Shown here one piece after another: positions 1 to 8,224 of a DNA stretch of 64,000 nucleotides. The stretch lies in IMG/VR virus record IMGVR_UViG_3300045988_116708, positions 1-64,000 of that record, one strand, 5' to 3'. The translations under genes and the position numbers were made by a program. The DNA is from a virus. The notes beneath the pieces were generated by a model that had not been told where the DNA came from, did no database searches, and was given only the letters and a program-made list of their open reading frames with translations. Each line of letters begins with the position of its first letter. Positions within the stretch are counted from its first letter, which is position 1.

Positions 1-43
1 GAGCCGCTAGCCAGACTTGAACTGGCGACCTACGCGTTACGAA
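1..43 (-). tRNA. Partial tRNA 3' half (anticodon-loop remnant, variable loop, T-arm, acceptor 3' strand); probable att core
   Basis: The reverse complement reads TTCGTAA-CGCGT-AGGTC-GCCAG-TTCAAGT-CTGGC-TAGCGGC-T. This gives a 5-bp T-stem with a canonical T-loop. Loop TTCGTAA would give anticodon CGT (Thr). No complementary 5' anticodon-stem strand, D-arm or 5' acceptor strand is present at 44-110. Confidence 0.6.
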
Positions 44-128
44 TGTTTATCCAATTTACGGTCTAACTGATTGTTTAATAGTGTATTGGTGCGTGACTAA
101 CTGAGGTCGTAGATAAGTTTTTGCACAT

Positions 129-398
129 TTATCCATTCCAGTTGGGGTCAAACATAGGTCCTTTACCAAGTACTATCCATTCAACAGAGACTCCGTAATC
201 ATTATGTATATAGACTATCCATTCAGGCTTTAACACGCAACGATTGGGGGAGAACTTAACTTGGTTTACGTTCCATCGATTTAGGTTATGTTCTCTTGTG
301 AAAGTTTGCAGTCCTCTAATCTTCTTTTGAGCTTTTAACATTGCTATTGCTTCAAAAAAACGATTACTTATAGCTATTCCTTCTTCTGATATCTTCAT
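129..398 (-). CDS. Small putative DNA-binding protein
   Basis: 89-aa ORF. The C-terminal VSVEWIVLGKGPMF resembles the WLLTGxGxMF tail of Bacteroidota phage HTH regulators. It lies in an operon with the repressor. Confidence 0.5.
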   Translation of the reverse strand: MKISEEGIAISNRFFEAIAMLKAQKKIRGLQTFTREHNLNRWNVNQVKFSPNRCVLKPEWIVYIHNDYGVSVEWIVLGKGPMFDPNWNG

Positions 399-407
399 TT
401 TATTATT

Positions 408-926
408 TTATTTAATATTTGTGCTCTTTATGTCGCTCGTTGAAATATCCGACCCACTTGCATGAGCACATCTGGCAACATTTTCCTGACGGGCAAGAGT
501 TTTTTTATTTTGTTCTTGCATTGATTCTATGGTTCTCTGCTGAGATAATACGGTTTCTGTTAATCTTGATAATTGCTCAAAGACTTCCCGGCTCATAGAG
601 ACTGAGCTACTCTGTAGTTCTAATCTTTGTTCTACAAGTTCATCTAAGATTTGTTCTCTTAATTTTTCTTTATTACTTCTAGGGACACTTTTTTCAATAA
701 TGCCAGCTATAGTATCTCCTTTTATAAACATTGGCACATCGGCTCCATCTAGCCATCCTGGGGTTAAGTGATACTTGCTTTCTAATAAATATTTGTTTTT
801 ATCTGTTAGGGATACATTCCCGATTTCTATCTGTGAATAACTATTTTGCTTCATGCATAGAACTTCTGCAAGTTGCGATTGAGTCATTCTTAGATATTTT
901 CTCAGATGTTTTAATCTATTATCCAT
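408..926 (-). CDS. XRE/cI-type HTH repressor
   Basis: The N-terminal LRKYLRMTQSQLAEVLCMKQNSYSQIEIG is an HTH_3 motif. The gene is divergent from a Cro-like gene across a 93-bp promoter region. Confidence 0.8.
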   Translation of the reverse strand: MDNRLKHLRKYLRMTQSQLAEVLCMKQNSYSQIEIGNVSLTDKNKYLLESKYHLTPGWLDGADVPMFIKGDTIAGIIEKSVPRSNKEKLREQILDELVEQRLELQSSSVSMSREVFEQLSRLTETVLSQQRTIESMQEQNKKTLARQENVARCAHASGSDISTSDIKSTNIK

Positions 927-979
927 ATAAAAATAAGTTAAATATATCTGTTTTATAGTGTATTTATATCTATAATTGA

Positions 980-987
980 TATATTTG
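980..987 (+). promoter_or_regulatory. Bacteroidota-type -7 promoter box (TATATTTG) for the rightward early operon
   Basis: Matches the TAnnTTTG consensus, 33 nt upstream of the ATG at 1020. Confidence 0.55.
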
Positions 988-1019
988 CAAAGACATTAAT
1001 ATATAACACTACAAAGATA

Positions 1020-1274
1020 ATGAAAGATGCATTAAAAACAAGTAAAATGCTTGCTGAAGGTCGTAAAATGACCTTAAAAGGCTATTATCAAAGTCTGCCT
1101 AGCTCAACCCATCCCAAAACTGAGTTTATCAACGAAATAACAAAAAGGACCGGAGTATCATTTACTGCTGCGAGAAACTGGGTTATATACGGAATGAAGC
1201 CTAATAATCCTAAACATGTTTCTGCCCTTTCGGAAATAACCGGAATTTCTCCTGAAGATTTATGGTCTGAATAA
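1020..1274 (+). CDS. Cro-like small HTH protein
   Basis: 84 aa, divergent from the repressor. The segments ITKRTGVSFTAARNWVIYG and ALSEITGISPEDLW are HTH-like. Confidence 0.55.
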   Translation: MKDALKTSKMLAEGRKMTLKGYYQSLPSSTHPKTEFINEITKRTGVSFTAARNWVIYGMKPNNPKHVSALSEITGISPEDLWSE

Positions 1275-1286
1275 AACTATTGAGCA

Positions 1287-1841
1287 ATGAAAGATTTAGA
1301 ATTTTACATCTTTGAAGATCAGCTTTGGTGTATGTTTTCTGATGGCACTAACAAACCTGTTACGGACAAAGATACGTCATTGGTAAAAAATATACTTGAT
1401 CGTATACGGGAATGTTATCCGGATGCTTATAAAGCACTGATGGAATGTTATCAAAAAAGTTCTCAAAATATACCATACTTCCAGTACCTTATGGCTAATC
1501 GGTTTTGTAAATGCAATTTTGGAGAACTGGATAATACGACCCGTGATATTGACAAAGGAGGAAAATTTAACTTTGAACGTGTCAGTTGCCCAATGCGTGG
1601 AGAGTGTAAATATGAAGGAGTCATTTGTGATCCTCAATTTGATAGTCGTATATCAGATGCGGAAATGAGAGTTATGCGCTTAGTATACGAGGGCCTTAGT
1701 AATGAAGATATTGCAGATAAACTTTATTTATCTCCACATACAGTTAAAAATCACATCAAGTCAGTTTATCTGAAGCTTGGTATCCATGAAAAGTCTGAGT
1801 TTATTCAATACGTACATAAAAATAACCTTTTCAAAGATTAA
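1287..1841 (+). CDS. LuxR/GerE-family transcription regulator with a Cys-rich N-terminal domain
   Basis: The C-terminal ISDAEMRVMRLVYEGLSNEDIADKLYLSPHTVKNHIKSVYLKLGI is a LuxR_C HTH. The N-terminal part carries CKC...SCPMRGECKYEGVIC. Confidence 0.8.
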   Translation: MKDLEFYIFEDQLWCMFSDGTNKPVTDKDTSLVKNILDRIRECYPDAYKALMECYQKSSQNIPYFQYLMANRFCKCNFGELDNTTRDIDKGGKFNFERVSCPMRGECKYEGVICDPQFDSRISDAEMRVMRLVYEGLSNEDIADKLYLSPHTVKNHIKSVYLKLGIHEKSEFIQYVHKNNLFKD

Positions 1842-1846
1842 ATGGT

Positions 1847-2053
1847 ATGATTAGTGAAGAAGTTTTGAAAATTGTACTTAACAATAAGACGTTTGGGCAA
1901 CGTGAAGCTGCTGATATAGTTGGTGGTAGAGGACGATTATTCAGATTAGTTGGATCTGGAGTTATACGTGCTGAAAAGAAACCAGCTGATCGTCAAAACG
2001 GAAGATGGTATTGTAATGCTTATGATGTAATTAAAAATGCTACATTAAAGTAA
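1847..2053 (+). CDS. Small protein, possibly an excisionase/MerR-like HTH
   Basis: 68 aa. The pattern QREAADIVGGRGRLFRLVGSGVIRAEK is weakly Xis/HTH_17-like. Confidence 0.4.
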   Translation: MISEEVLKIVLNNKTFGQREAADIVGGRGRLFRLVGSGVIRAEKKPADRQNGRWYCNAYDVIKNATLK

Positions 2054-2168
2054 TTGATATTCAAATAGTTATACTAAGTTAATGACGCAAAAAATACAAG
2101 TTTAACGTTTGGATAAAAGTCAAAAACTATATAGTTTTACATCATAAATAATAGATAATCAATAAGTT

Positions 2169-2333
2169 ATGAAAAGAACACCGCTTTTGACTATTTGGGT
2201 TTTATCATTTGTTGTAATGATATTACTTGCTAATCCTGAAAAAGTTTTATTCTGGATTGCGTTTGTGATATTTTCTTGGTCTTCACTATATATTGAGAAA
2301 CACAAAAAAAGACTTAAGGAAGAAGATGAATAG
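2169..2333 (+). CDS. Small two-TM membrane protein (54 aa, below the ORF-track cutoff)
   Basis: My translation is MKRTPLLTIWVLSFVVMILLANPEKVLFWIAFVIFSWSSLYIEKHKKRLKEEDE. It has two hydrophobic stretches. Its stop overlaps the next ATG. Confidence 0.55.
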   Translation: MKRTPLLTIWVLSFVVMILLANPEKVLFWIAFVIFSWSSLYIEKHKKRLKEEDE

Positions 2334-2520
2334 TAAACGTCCATATATTGTCCAAGATGTAACATTGGTAACATACAGTGGACGTCGGATTTCCCTCTCT
2401 TTAGTAGAGTATAAGATTATAGATGTCCCTGTTAGACTTGTTAAAGAAAAAATACTTGATTCTTTTTCTGCAATGGTTGATAAACCTGTAGATGTAGAAT
2501 TAAAAGTAAGATACATATAA
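2326..2520 (+). CDS. Hypothetical protein
   Basis: In-frame ATG of track ORF 2293..2520 (MNSKRPYIVQDV...), overlapping the stop of the preceding small ORF by 8 nt. Confidence 0.5.
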   Translation: MNSKRPYIVQDVTLVTYSGRRISLSLVEYKIIDVPVRLVKEKILDSFSAMVDKPVDVELKVRYI

Positions 2521-2540
2521 ATAAAGCGTACATAAGAGCA

Positions 2541-2720
2541 ATGAAAACGAAAGAAGAATTACTGGCAATGAAGCATGAAGACTTGGCTTTATTCGCATAC
2601 AAAATCATGTATGAACAATGCCTTCTTGAAGACAAAGAAAAAGAGAATAAAAAATTAAAAGAAATACTTAATATGATTGGGGTTACATATGAAACTTACA
2701 AATCAGAATTTAGTGAATGA
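2541..2720 (+). CDS. Hypothetical 59-aa protein
   Basis: Hand-translated ORF that starts inside the conserved ACATAAGAGCAATGAAAA junction motif. Confidence 0.45.
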   Translation: MKTKEELLAMKHEDLALFAYKIMYEQCLLEDKEKENKKLKEILNMIGVTYETYKSEFSE

Positions 2721-2970
2721 ATTATTGCAATTGGAGGTTGAATTGAAAAAGGTAGAGTCCAGTAATCTTGAATATCTACCTGAATATGGATATTCACCCA
2801 AAGAAGAAATAATCCAACTTATCAAAGAAGATATATCTGATGTTAAAAAAGAAATAGACATAAATCTACAATTAGAAACTTCTGGTATTTCATCAGAATA
2901 TACGGAAAAAAACTTAGAAGAAGAAAGAACTAACCTTTGCTTAATACAGGGGTTATCGAGATATTGTTAA
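2689..2970 (+). CDS. Hypothetical protein
   Basis: ATG-started part of track ORF 2677..2970, with coiled-coil-like composition. Confidence 0.5.
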   Translation: MKLTNQNLVNELLQLEVELKKVESSNLEYLPEYGYSPKEEIIQLIKEDISDVKKEIDINLQLETSGISSEYTEKNLEEERTNLCLIQGLSRYC

Positions 2971-2989
2971 ACTTTAAAATATTTGATCG

Positions 2990-3832
2990 ATGGAGGAAAA
3001 TAATCAAGTTACAGAATTACAGATTATTCAGGCCAAACAAGCGGCTGAGTTTGCAATGACACCAGTAGGACAAACCGTGAAACAGTTTGAGGTCATGCAG
3101 CGCATGGCTAAGATGTACACTGAAAGTACAATTGTTCCTGAAGCTTATAAAGGGAATACAGGAAATTGTGTGATTGCGCTTGATATGGCAATGAGAATGA
3201 ATGCTAATCCGTTAATGATAATGCAGAATCTCTACGTTGTCAAGGGAAACCCGTCATGGTCAAGCAAGTTCCTTATCGCTACCATTAATATGAGTGGCAG
3301 ATATACTTCACTCAGATATCGGAAAAGAACGCTGGGGAAGGTTGGTAAAGTAAAATACAATGAAACAGTGTGGGATGCCACAAACAGACGCAATACAATC
3401 GTTGTAAAAGAGTTTGACGGTACTGATGTGGATAATATTGAATGTATTGCTTATGCCACTGAACTTTCTACTAAAGAAGTTCTTGAATCAGATCCGATAA
3501 CTATTGAAATGGCAATAAAAGAAGGGTGGTATACAAAGTCTGGGAGCAAATGGGTTACAATGCCAAATCTGATGCTTACTTATCGTGCGGCTGCTTTCTG
3601 GCAACGCGCCTATTGTCCTGAAATATCAATGGGATTCTTAACCAAGGAAGAAGTTGAAGATATTCAGGATACAGAATATGATGAAATTATTGATAAATCA
3701 GCAAAAGCTAATAAACTTGCCGAAATCGCAGCAAAAGCCGCAGGAGTTGAAGAACAACCAAAAGCAGAACAGCCGGTAAATCAGCCCCAAACTAAAGCAA
3801 ATGATAAACCTATTCAAAAAACGTTGTTATGA
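2990..3832 (+). CDS. recT: RecT-family single-strand annealing protein
   Basis: NCVIALDMAMRMNANPLMIMQNLYVVKGNPSWSSKF matches the RecT core pattern. It is followed by a YqaJ exonuclease. Confidence 0.8.
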   Translation: MEENNQVTELQIIQAKQAAEFAMTPVGQTVKQFEVMQRMAKMYTESTIVPEAYKGNTGNCVIALDMAMRMNANPLMIMQNLYVVKGNPSWSSKFLIATINMSGRYTSLRYRKRTLGKVGKVKYNETVWDATNRRNTIVVKEFDGTDVDNIECIAYATELSTKEVLESDPITIEMAIKEGWYTKSGSKWVTMPNLMLTYRAAAFWQRAYCPEISMGFLTKEEVEDIQDTEYDEIIDKSAKANKLAEIAAKAAGVEEQPKAEQPVNQPQTKANDKPIQKTLL

Positions 3833-4761
3833 TGGAAAATGATGGTGAAATATGGAAAGATATAGTTGGATATGAGGGTAGATACCAAGTGTCCAACTAT
3901 GGAAGAATTAAATCTCTTGATATTAACTTGCATAAACGTGATGGAAAGATAGAGTTTAGGAAAGGTAAAATTCTTAAAGCCAGTTTAAGCGCGTTTGGCT
4001 ATCCTCAGTACTGCTTTAGTTCCAGTTTTGGTAAACGAAAGCTCATGAGGATACATAGAGTTGTAGCAGAAACTTTTATTCCTAATCCTGATAAAAAGCC
4101 ATTTATTGATCATATAAATCGTATAAAGACAGATAATAATGTTAATAATTTGCGATGGTGCACAGGCAAGGAGAATATGAATAACCCATTAACAAGGGAA
4201 TGGTTGAAAAACTGTAGGCCAAGTTTCCACCATTCAGAAGAAGTTAAGAAAAAGATAGGGTTATTAAACAAAGGACGCATATTTAAAGAATCTACAAGAG
4301 AAAAACTCCGTATTAGAGGATTTCCAGTAATGCAGTTTACTATAAGTGGTGATTTTATCATGGAGTATAAAAGTCCTTATTATGCTCAAAGTGAGACAGG
4401 GGCATTACGAACCCATATTGTAGCTTGTTGTAATGGAAAAAGGAAAACAGCTGGTGGGTATAGATGGGTCTATAAAAAAAATTATAAAGGGAAGGATCTA
4501 CCTAATTTGGCAAATAAAAAGCGCATATACAAAACAGGTTATAAGCAAACAAAACAGGCTATAATAAATATGCGTAAATCTAAAGAAAAATACCGTAAAG
4601 CGGTATTAGTCTTTTCATTAGACGGTTCGTTTCTGTCTGAATATCCTTCAATTATTGAAGCAGGCAATGCAACAGGCACAAATTTCGGCTCAATATGTAA
4701 TTGTTGTAGGGGTAGAATTGGACAATCAAATGGTTACAGATTTAAATATAAAGATATATGA
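3829..4761 (+). CDS. HNH homing endonuclease (NUMOD4 + HNH_3 + C-terminal NUMOD/IENR-like DNA-binding repeats)
   Basis: WKDIVGYEGRYQVSNYGRIKS is a NUMOD4 motif. HRVVAETFIPNPDKKPFIDHINRIKTDNNVNNLRW is an HNH motif. GGYRWVYK and NGYRFKYK are repeated DNA-binding modules. Confidence 0.85.
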   Translation: MMENDGEIWKDIVGYEGRYQVSNYGRIKSLDINLHKRDGKIEFRKGKILKASLSAFGYPQYCFSSSFGKRKLMRIHRVVAETFIPNPDKKPFIDHINRIKTDNNVNNLRWCTGKENMNNPLTREWLKNCRPSFHHSEEVKKKIGLLNKGRIFKESTREKLRIRGFPVMQFTISGDFIMEYKSPYYAQSETGALRTHIVACCNGKRKTAGGYRWVYKKNYKGKDLPNLANKKRIYKTGYKQTKQAIINMRKSKEKYRKAVLVFSLDGSFLSEYPSIIEAGNATGTNFGSICNCCRGRIGQSNGYRFKYKDI

Positions 4762-5441
4762 TGAATTACAATTTTAAACAAAGGACCATAGGATGGATGC
4801 GTGAGCGTCTCGGAAACATTACTGGTAGCAATGTCGGCTTGCTTATGAAAAGCGGAAGAAACGACATGTTCAGCGATACTGCCAAAAATTATATTTTCCA
4901 AGTTGCGGCAGAACGGGCTATGAATCCAGAAATAGTTAATGATGATGTTGCGTTCGCCGAATATTTGTCTACTGTCAATGTAGAAAGCAAAGCAATGAGA
5001 TTCGGAACAGAGCAGGAAGCAAGTGCACGTGATTTGTATTCAAGACTGACAGGAAGGCATATTGTAGAAGTGGGGGCGTGTAAGCACCCCACTATCCCAA
5101 ACTTTGCAAGTAGTCCTGATGGTTTCTTCTACGATGAAGAGTTGAGGGAACGTGGATGTATTGAGATAAAATGTCCGTCTCAAAACACATTTATGAAATA
5201 TAAGAGTGAAGTTTATGATAATGATTCACTTCTCCAAGTTAAATATGAATATTTCTATCAGTGTATGGCACATGCAATGTGTTGTGATGCAGACTGGGTT
5301 GATTTTGTAGTTTACAACCCTTTCCAAATAGACCCTATTCACATTGTTCGTATACTACCAGACGAAAAGGTCTTTGCGGAAATGGAGAAACGCATTAAAA
5401 TGGCGGACGATATTATTAACCAAATAGCAGACATTGAATGA
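4758..5441 (+). CDS. YqaJ/lambda-Exo-like recombination exonuclease (PD-(D/E)XK)
   Basis: Contains RTIGWMRERLGNITGSNVG, GTEQEASARDLY, SSPDG and IEIKCP motifs. Confidence 0.8.
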   Translation: MMNYNFKQRTIGWMRERLGNITGSNVGLLMKSGRNDMFSDTAKNYIFQVAAERAMNPEIVNDDVAFAEYLSTVNVESKAMRFGTEQEASARDLYSRLTGRHIVEVGACKHPTIPNFASSPDGFFYDEELRERGCIEIKCPSQNTFMKYKSEVYDNDSLLQVKYEYFYQCMAHAMCCDADWVDFVVYNPFQIDPIHIVRILPDEKVFAEMEKRIKMADDIINQIADIE

Positions 5442-5668
5442 TGAAATCGGACATTATAATTAAACAATTAGATAATGGATGTTTTGATGTCCATGTAGAT
5501 GATAAAAGCACAGAACAGCTATCATTTGATGAAATGCTTGGAGTGGTTGCACAATTGACTGTCCCAGAAAATAAAAGATGTCTTCAATGGCTCAAGACAA
5601 AAGAGCAACATGAGTCTTTCAGGAACAGAAACAACTTTAAAAACAGTAATAATGGAGAAAACATATAA
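5438..5668 (+). CDS. Hypothetical protein
   Basis: 76-aa ORF; its start overlaps the upstream stop (ATGA). Confidence 0.5.
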   Translation: MMKSDIIIKQLDNGCFDVHVDDKSTEQLSFDEMLGVVAQLTVPENKRCLQWLKTKEQHESFRNRNNFKNSNNGENI

Positions 5669-5900
5669 TGCTCAGCAAGCAATAATTGCTCAAAAAGAAT
5701 ACTTGAAAGAATTAGCCAAAAACAACCAAGCTGATTGGATGGCTGATAATTTTTCAAAAGGGATAGGGTTTGCCCCGTCTAATGGTATATGCTACCGTTG
5801 CAAAAAGCAAATTTATTCCGAAGGTGGAATATCAGTTGAGAGAGCGAGTACAGAACTTACTACCGGTTGTCCATTTTGCCACACTTCATATGTTGATTAA
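5652..5900 (+). CDS. Small zinc-ribbon protein
   Basis: Internal ATG of track ORF 5610..5900. Contains CYRC...CPFC cysteine pairs. Confidence 0.5.
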   Translation: MEKTYNAQQAIIAQKEYLKELAKNNQADWMADNFSKGIGFAPSNGICYRCKKQIYSEGGISVERASTELTTGCPFCHTSYVD

Positions 5901-5915
5901 AAAAACGATAGAGTA

Positions 5916-6836
5916 ATGAATACACAATTAGCAATCCAAGAAACCGACCTAGAACTGGTCGTAAGCGAAAAGACGTTAGGCAGTCTTACTACCAACGCAA
6001 AGCAAATCAGAGATATTGTAATGGCAAACCTGCCTAAGTACGATATATCCAACTACACGGATGATAACATTGACCAAGCAAAGAAAGACAAGGCAGCTTT
6101 AAACAAGGCGGCGAAAGCCCTCAATGCCAAACGTCTTGAAATTGAGAAAGAGTTTATGAAACCTTTCGGGGAGTTCAAGGACGTTGTAACCGAAACCGTA
6201 AAACTTATTGGTGAGTGCTCCGCTAGGATTGACACGGTAGTCAAGCAGAACGAGCAGCAATACAAGGACAAGAAGAAAGCCACTATCAAGACCTACTTTG
6301 ATGGAATGAACGTAAATCTTGTAGACTTTAACAAGGTGTTCAAACTGGAATGGCTCAACAAATCCGCAAGCATGAGGTCTGTATGCAACGAAATTGATTC
6401 CATATTCTCCAAAGTCGAGAACGAACTTTCCACGCTGAATGGGTTTGGTGAGGATTTCGATGTCCTCCGTACTTATTATATGGATACGCTCAACATCACA
6501 TCCACCATTCAGTATGCCAACCGTCTGAAAGAGCAACGTGAGCGTGCCAAAGCAGCAGAAGAGGCGCGCATCAAGGCAGAGCAGGAAAGAAAGGCTTCCG
6601 AAGAAGCCCGTAAAGCTGCTGAAGCAGAACAAGCCAAATCCCGTCCGATCAATCCGTTTGCCATGGCAGGACAAAAATCCAACGAACAACCTCCTTTTAT
6701 TAATCATCCCGAAGTACAACAGCCTGAGCTGTTAACGAGAGCTTTCAAGGTTACTACTACCCGTGAGAATATCATTGCTTTGGGTGACTTCATGAATGAA
6801 AAAGGTATTGATTTTGATAAAATAGAATTGCCATGA
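5916..6836 (+). CDS. DUF1351-like phage protein of the recombination module
   Basis: The N-terminal pattern AKKDKAALNKAAKALNAKRLEIEKEFMKPF is typical of DUF1351 as I recall it. There is an acidic/basic coiled-coil tail. Confidence 0.5.
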   Translation: MNTQLAIQETDLELVVSEKTLGSLTTNAKQIRDIVMANLPKYDISNYTDDNIDQAKKDKAALNKAAKALNAKRLEIEKEFMKPFGEFKDVVTETVKLIGECSARIDTVVKQNEQQYKDKKKATIKTYFDGMNVNLVDFNKVFKLEWLNKSASMRSVCNEIDSIFSKVENELSTLNGFGEDFDVLRTYYMDTLNITSTIQYANRLKEQRERAKAAEEARIKAEQERKASEEARKAAEAEQAKSRPINPFAMAGQKSNEQPPFINHPEVQQPELLTRAFKVTTTRENIIALGDFMNEKGIDFDKIELP

Positions 6837-7150
6837 GTGAAGCTGGAAAAGAATACAGACAATTTGTAAAACAGCGAAGAGAAGAACGCTATAGTCAATT
6901 TGTAAACTCAACCCTTCCTGCCATCAAATCTTTAGGCTATGAAGTTATTCAACGAAATGATTATGGATTCGAATTCATTGTTCCTAAAAAAGGATTTGGC
7001 TGGGTTATATTCTACCCCAAGGGTGATAGGATATTATTGTGCAAACAAAATAAATGGATATATGGTGGTTTCTCTTGGATTCGCAAACATATACTTAAAG
7101 GCAATGGAAGTATGCAAAACAGATGTACAGACTATTATTCGGCTTCTTGA
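6833..7150 (+). CDS. Hypothetical protein
   Basis: 105-aa ORF with its start coupled to the upstream stop. Confidence 0.5.
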   Translation: MSEAGKEYRQFVKQRREERYSQFVNSTLPAIKSLGYEVIQRNDYGFEFIVPKKGFGWVIFYPKGDRILLCKQNKWIYGGFSWIRKHILKGNGSMQNRCTDYYSAS

Positions 7151-7254
7151 TAAGAGTGCAGAGCTAATTGATAAATATTGTAAGAAGCCTTGTGAGTGTG
7201 ATAAAGCAAGACAATGCAGGAAAATTAGTAAGAAACTTAAAAATAAAATTGACA

Positions 7255-7731
7255 ATGAAAACTTTGCAAATCAGTGAACAAAAAGCTAGAGAACTCTACA
7301 AAAGTGGTTCCAGCGAGTTAAAATCTATTTTGGAAGAGTCTTTTGGAAAAGATTTTTTCTCTCAAAAGATAACAGATAGAGTTAAAACCTATGAAGATGC
7401 ATGTCGCGAATTAAGTACCAGTCCTCTTGATGAAAATAAGTTGATGAAACTCGGTCTTACTAAACATGATATTGCTTATCAAAAGTTGGTAACCATTATC
7501 AAGGCCCTTAACGAAGGTTGGGTACCGGATGTATGTGATAGTAGTGTATATAGATGGTACCCGTGGTTCAAGACTAATGGTTCTCCTTCCTCTTTCGCTT
7601 TCGACGGTTCGGATTGCGGTAGTGCGTTTGCGATTGCGGGTAGCGGGTCTCGCCTTTGCTTGAAAAGTAAAGAATTGTCAGAGTATTGTGGTAAACAATT
7701 CATTGACCTTTGGAAACAGTTCATTATTTAA
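7255..7731 (+). CDS. DGR variable protein 1 (target gene carrying VR1)
   Basis: ATG at 7255 of track ORF 7168..7731. Paralogous to 7747..8127 (ALNEGWxPD, YPWF, SSFAF, AIAGSGSRL, QFIDxWK). VR1 lies near the C-terminus. Confidence 0.85.
   Translation: MKTLQISEQKARELYKSGSSELKSILEESFGKDFFSQKITDRVKTYEDACRELSTSPLDENKLMKLGLTKHDIAYQKLVTIIKALNEGWVPDVCDSSVYRWYPWFKTNGSPSSFAFDGSDCGSAFAIAGSGSRLCLKSKELSEYCGKQFIDLWKQFII
7582..7655 (+). repeat. DGR variable repeat VR1
   Basis: 74 bp. It differs from the TR at 13 positions, all of them TR adenines. Confidence 0.9.
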
Positions 7732-7746
7732 CTAAATATTATCATC

Positions 7747-8127
7747 ATGAAAAAAGAAAATAAAAAGATTACAGAGTTAGTCAAAACGTTTGAGGATGCC
7801 CGTAAGCTGACCGGCAGACCGGATGTTCCTGACTTTTCCAATCTTCCCACTGACATGCGCAAACATTTTGAGGCACAGTATAAGATGATTGTAATTGCAG
7901 AAGCCCTTAACGAGGGATGGATTCCTGATTGGGATAATTATAATGAATATAAGTATTATCCTTGGTTTGAAATGTCTCCTTCCTCTTTCGCTTTCCTCGG
8001 TTCGGCTTGCGATGGTGCGATTGCGATTGCGGGTAGCGGGTCTCGCCTTAAATTTCGGACACGCGAGCTTGCAAATTATGCAGCAGAGCAATTTATTGAT
8101 ATTTGGAAAGATATCCAGATAGGATAG
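7747..8127 (+). CDS. DGR variable protein 2 (target gene carrying VR2)
   Basis: 126-aa paralogue of the upstream target; VR2 lies near the C-terminus. Confidence 0.85.
   Translation: MKKENKKITELVKTFEDARKLTGRPDVPDFSNLPTDMRKHFEAQYKMIVIAEALNEGWIPDWDNYNEYKYYPWFEMSPSSFAFLGSACDGAIAIAGSGSRLKFRTRELANYAAEQFIDIWKDIQIG
7975..8048 (+). repeat. DGR variable repeat VR2
   Basis: 74 bp. It differs from the TR at 14 positions, all of them TR adenines. Confidence 0.9.
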
Positions 8128-8150
8128 GATATAAAGGTTGCCTGTCCTTG

Positions 8151-8224
8151 TCTCCTTCCTCTTTCGCTTTCAACGATTCGAATTACGATAATGCAAATGC
8201 GAATGCAGGTAGCAGGTCTCACCT
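8151..8224 (+). repeat. DGR template repeat (TR)
   Basis: 74-bp non-coding copy with 18 adenines, giving the AAY-rich frame SSFAFNDSNYDNANANAGSRSHL. It lies directly upstream of the RT. Confidence 0.9.

Noticed and set aside
44-128. Search for an integrase near the tRNA-derived att site
   Set aside because: No ORF with tyrosine or serine recombinase features occurs anywhere in the window. The integrase is presumably at the other prophage end, outside the window.
6099-6719. 206-aa antisense ORF inside the DUF1351-like gene
   Set aside because: It is antisense to a well-supported gene and has low-complexity Phe/Leu/Cys-rich translation. It is co-oriented with nothing.
6939-7277. 112-aa ORF overlapping 6833..7150 in another frame; possible programmed frameshift or Avd candidate
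   Set aside because: I found no slippery heptamer at the overlap. Only the distal 57 aa (from the ATG at 7104) look plausible, and this is too short and unlike the four-helix Avd pattern. It is mentioned only as a low-confidence small ORF.
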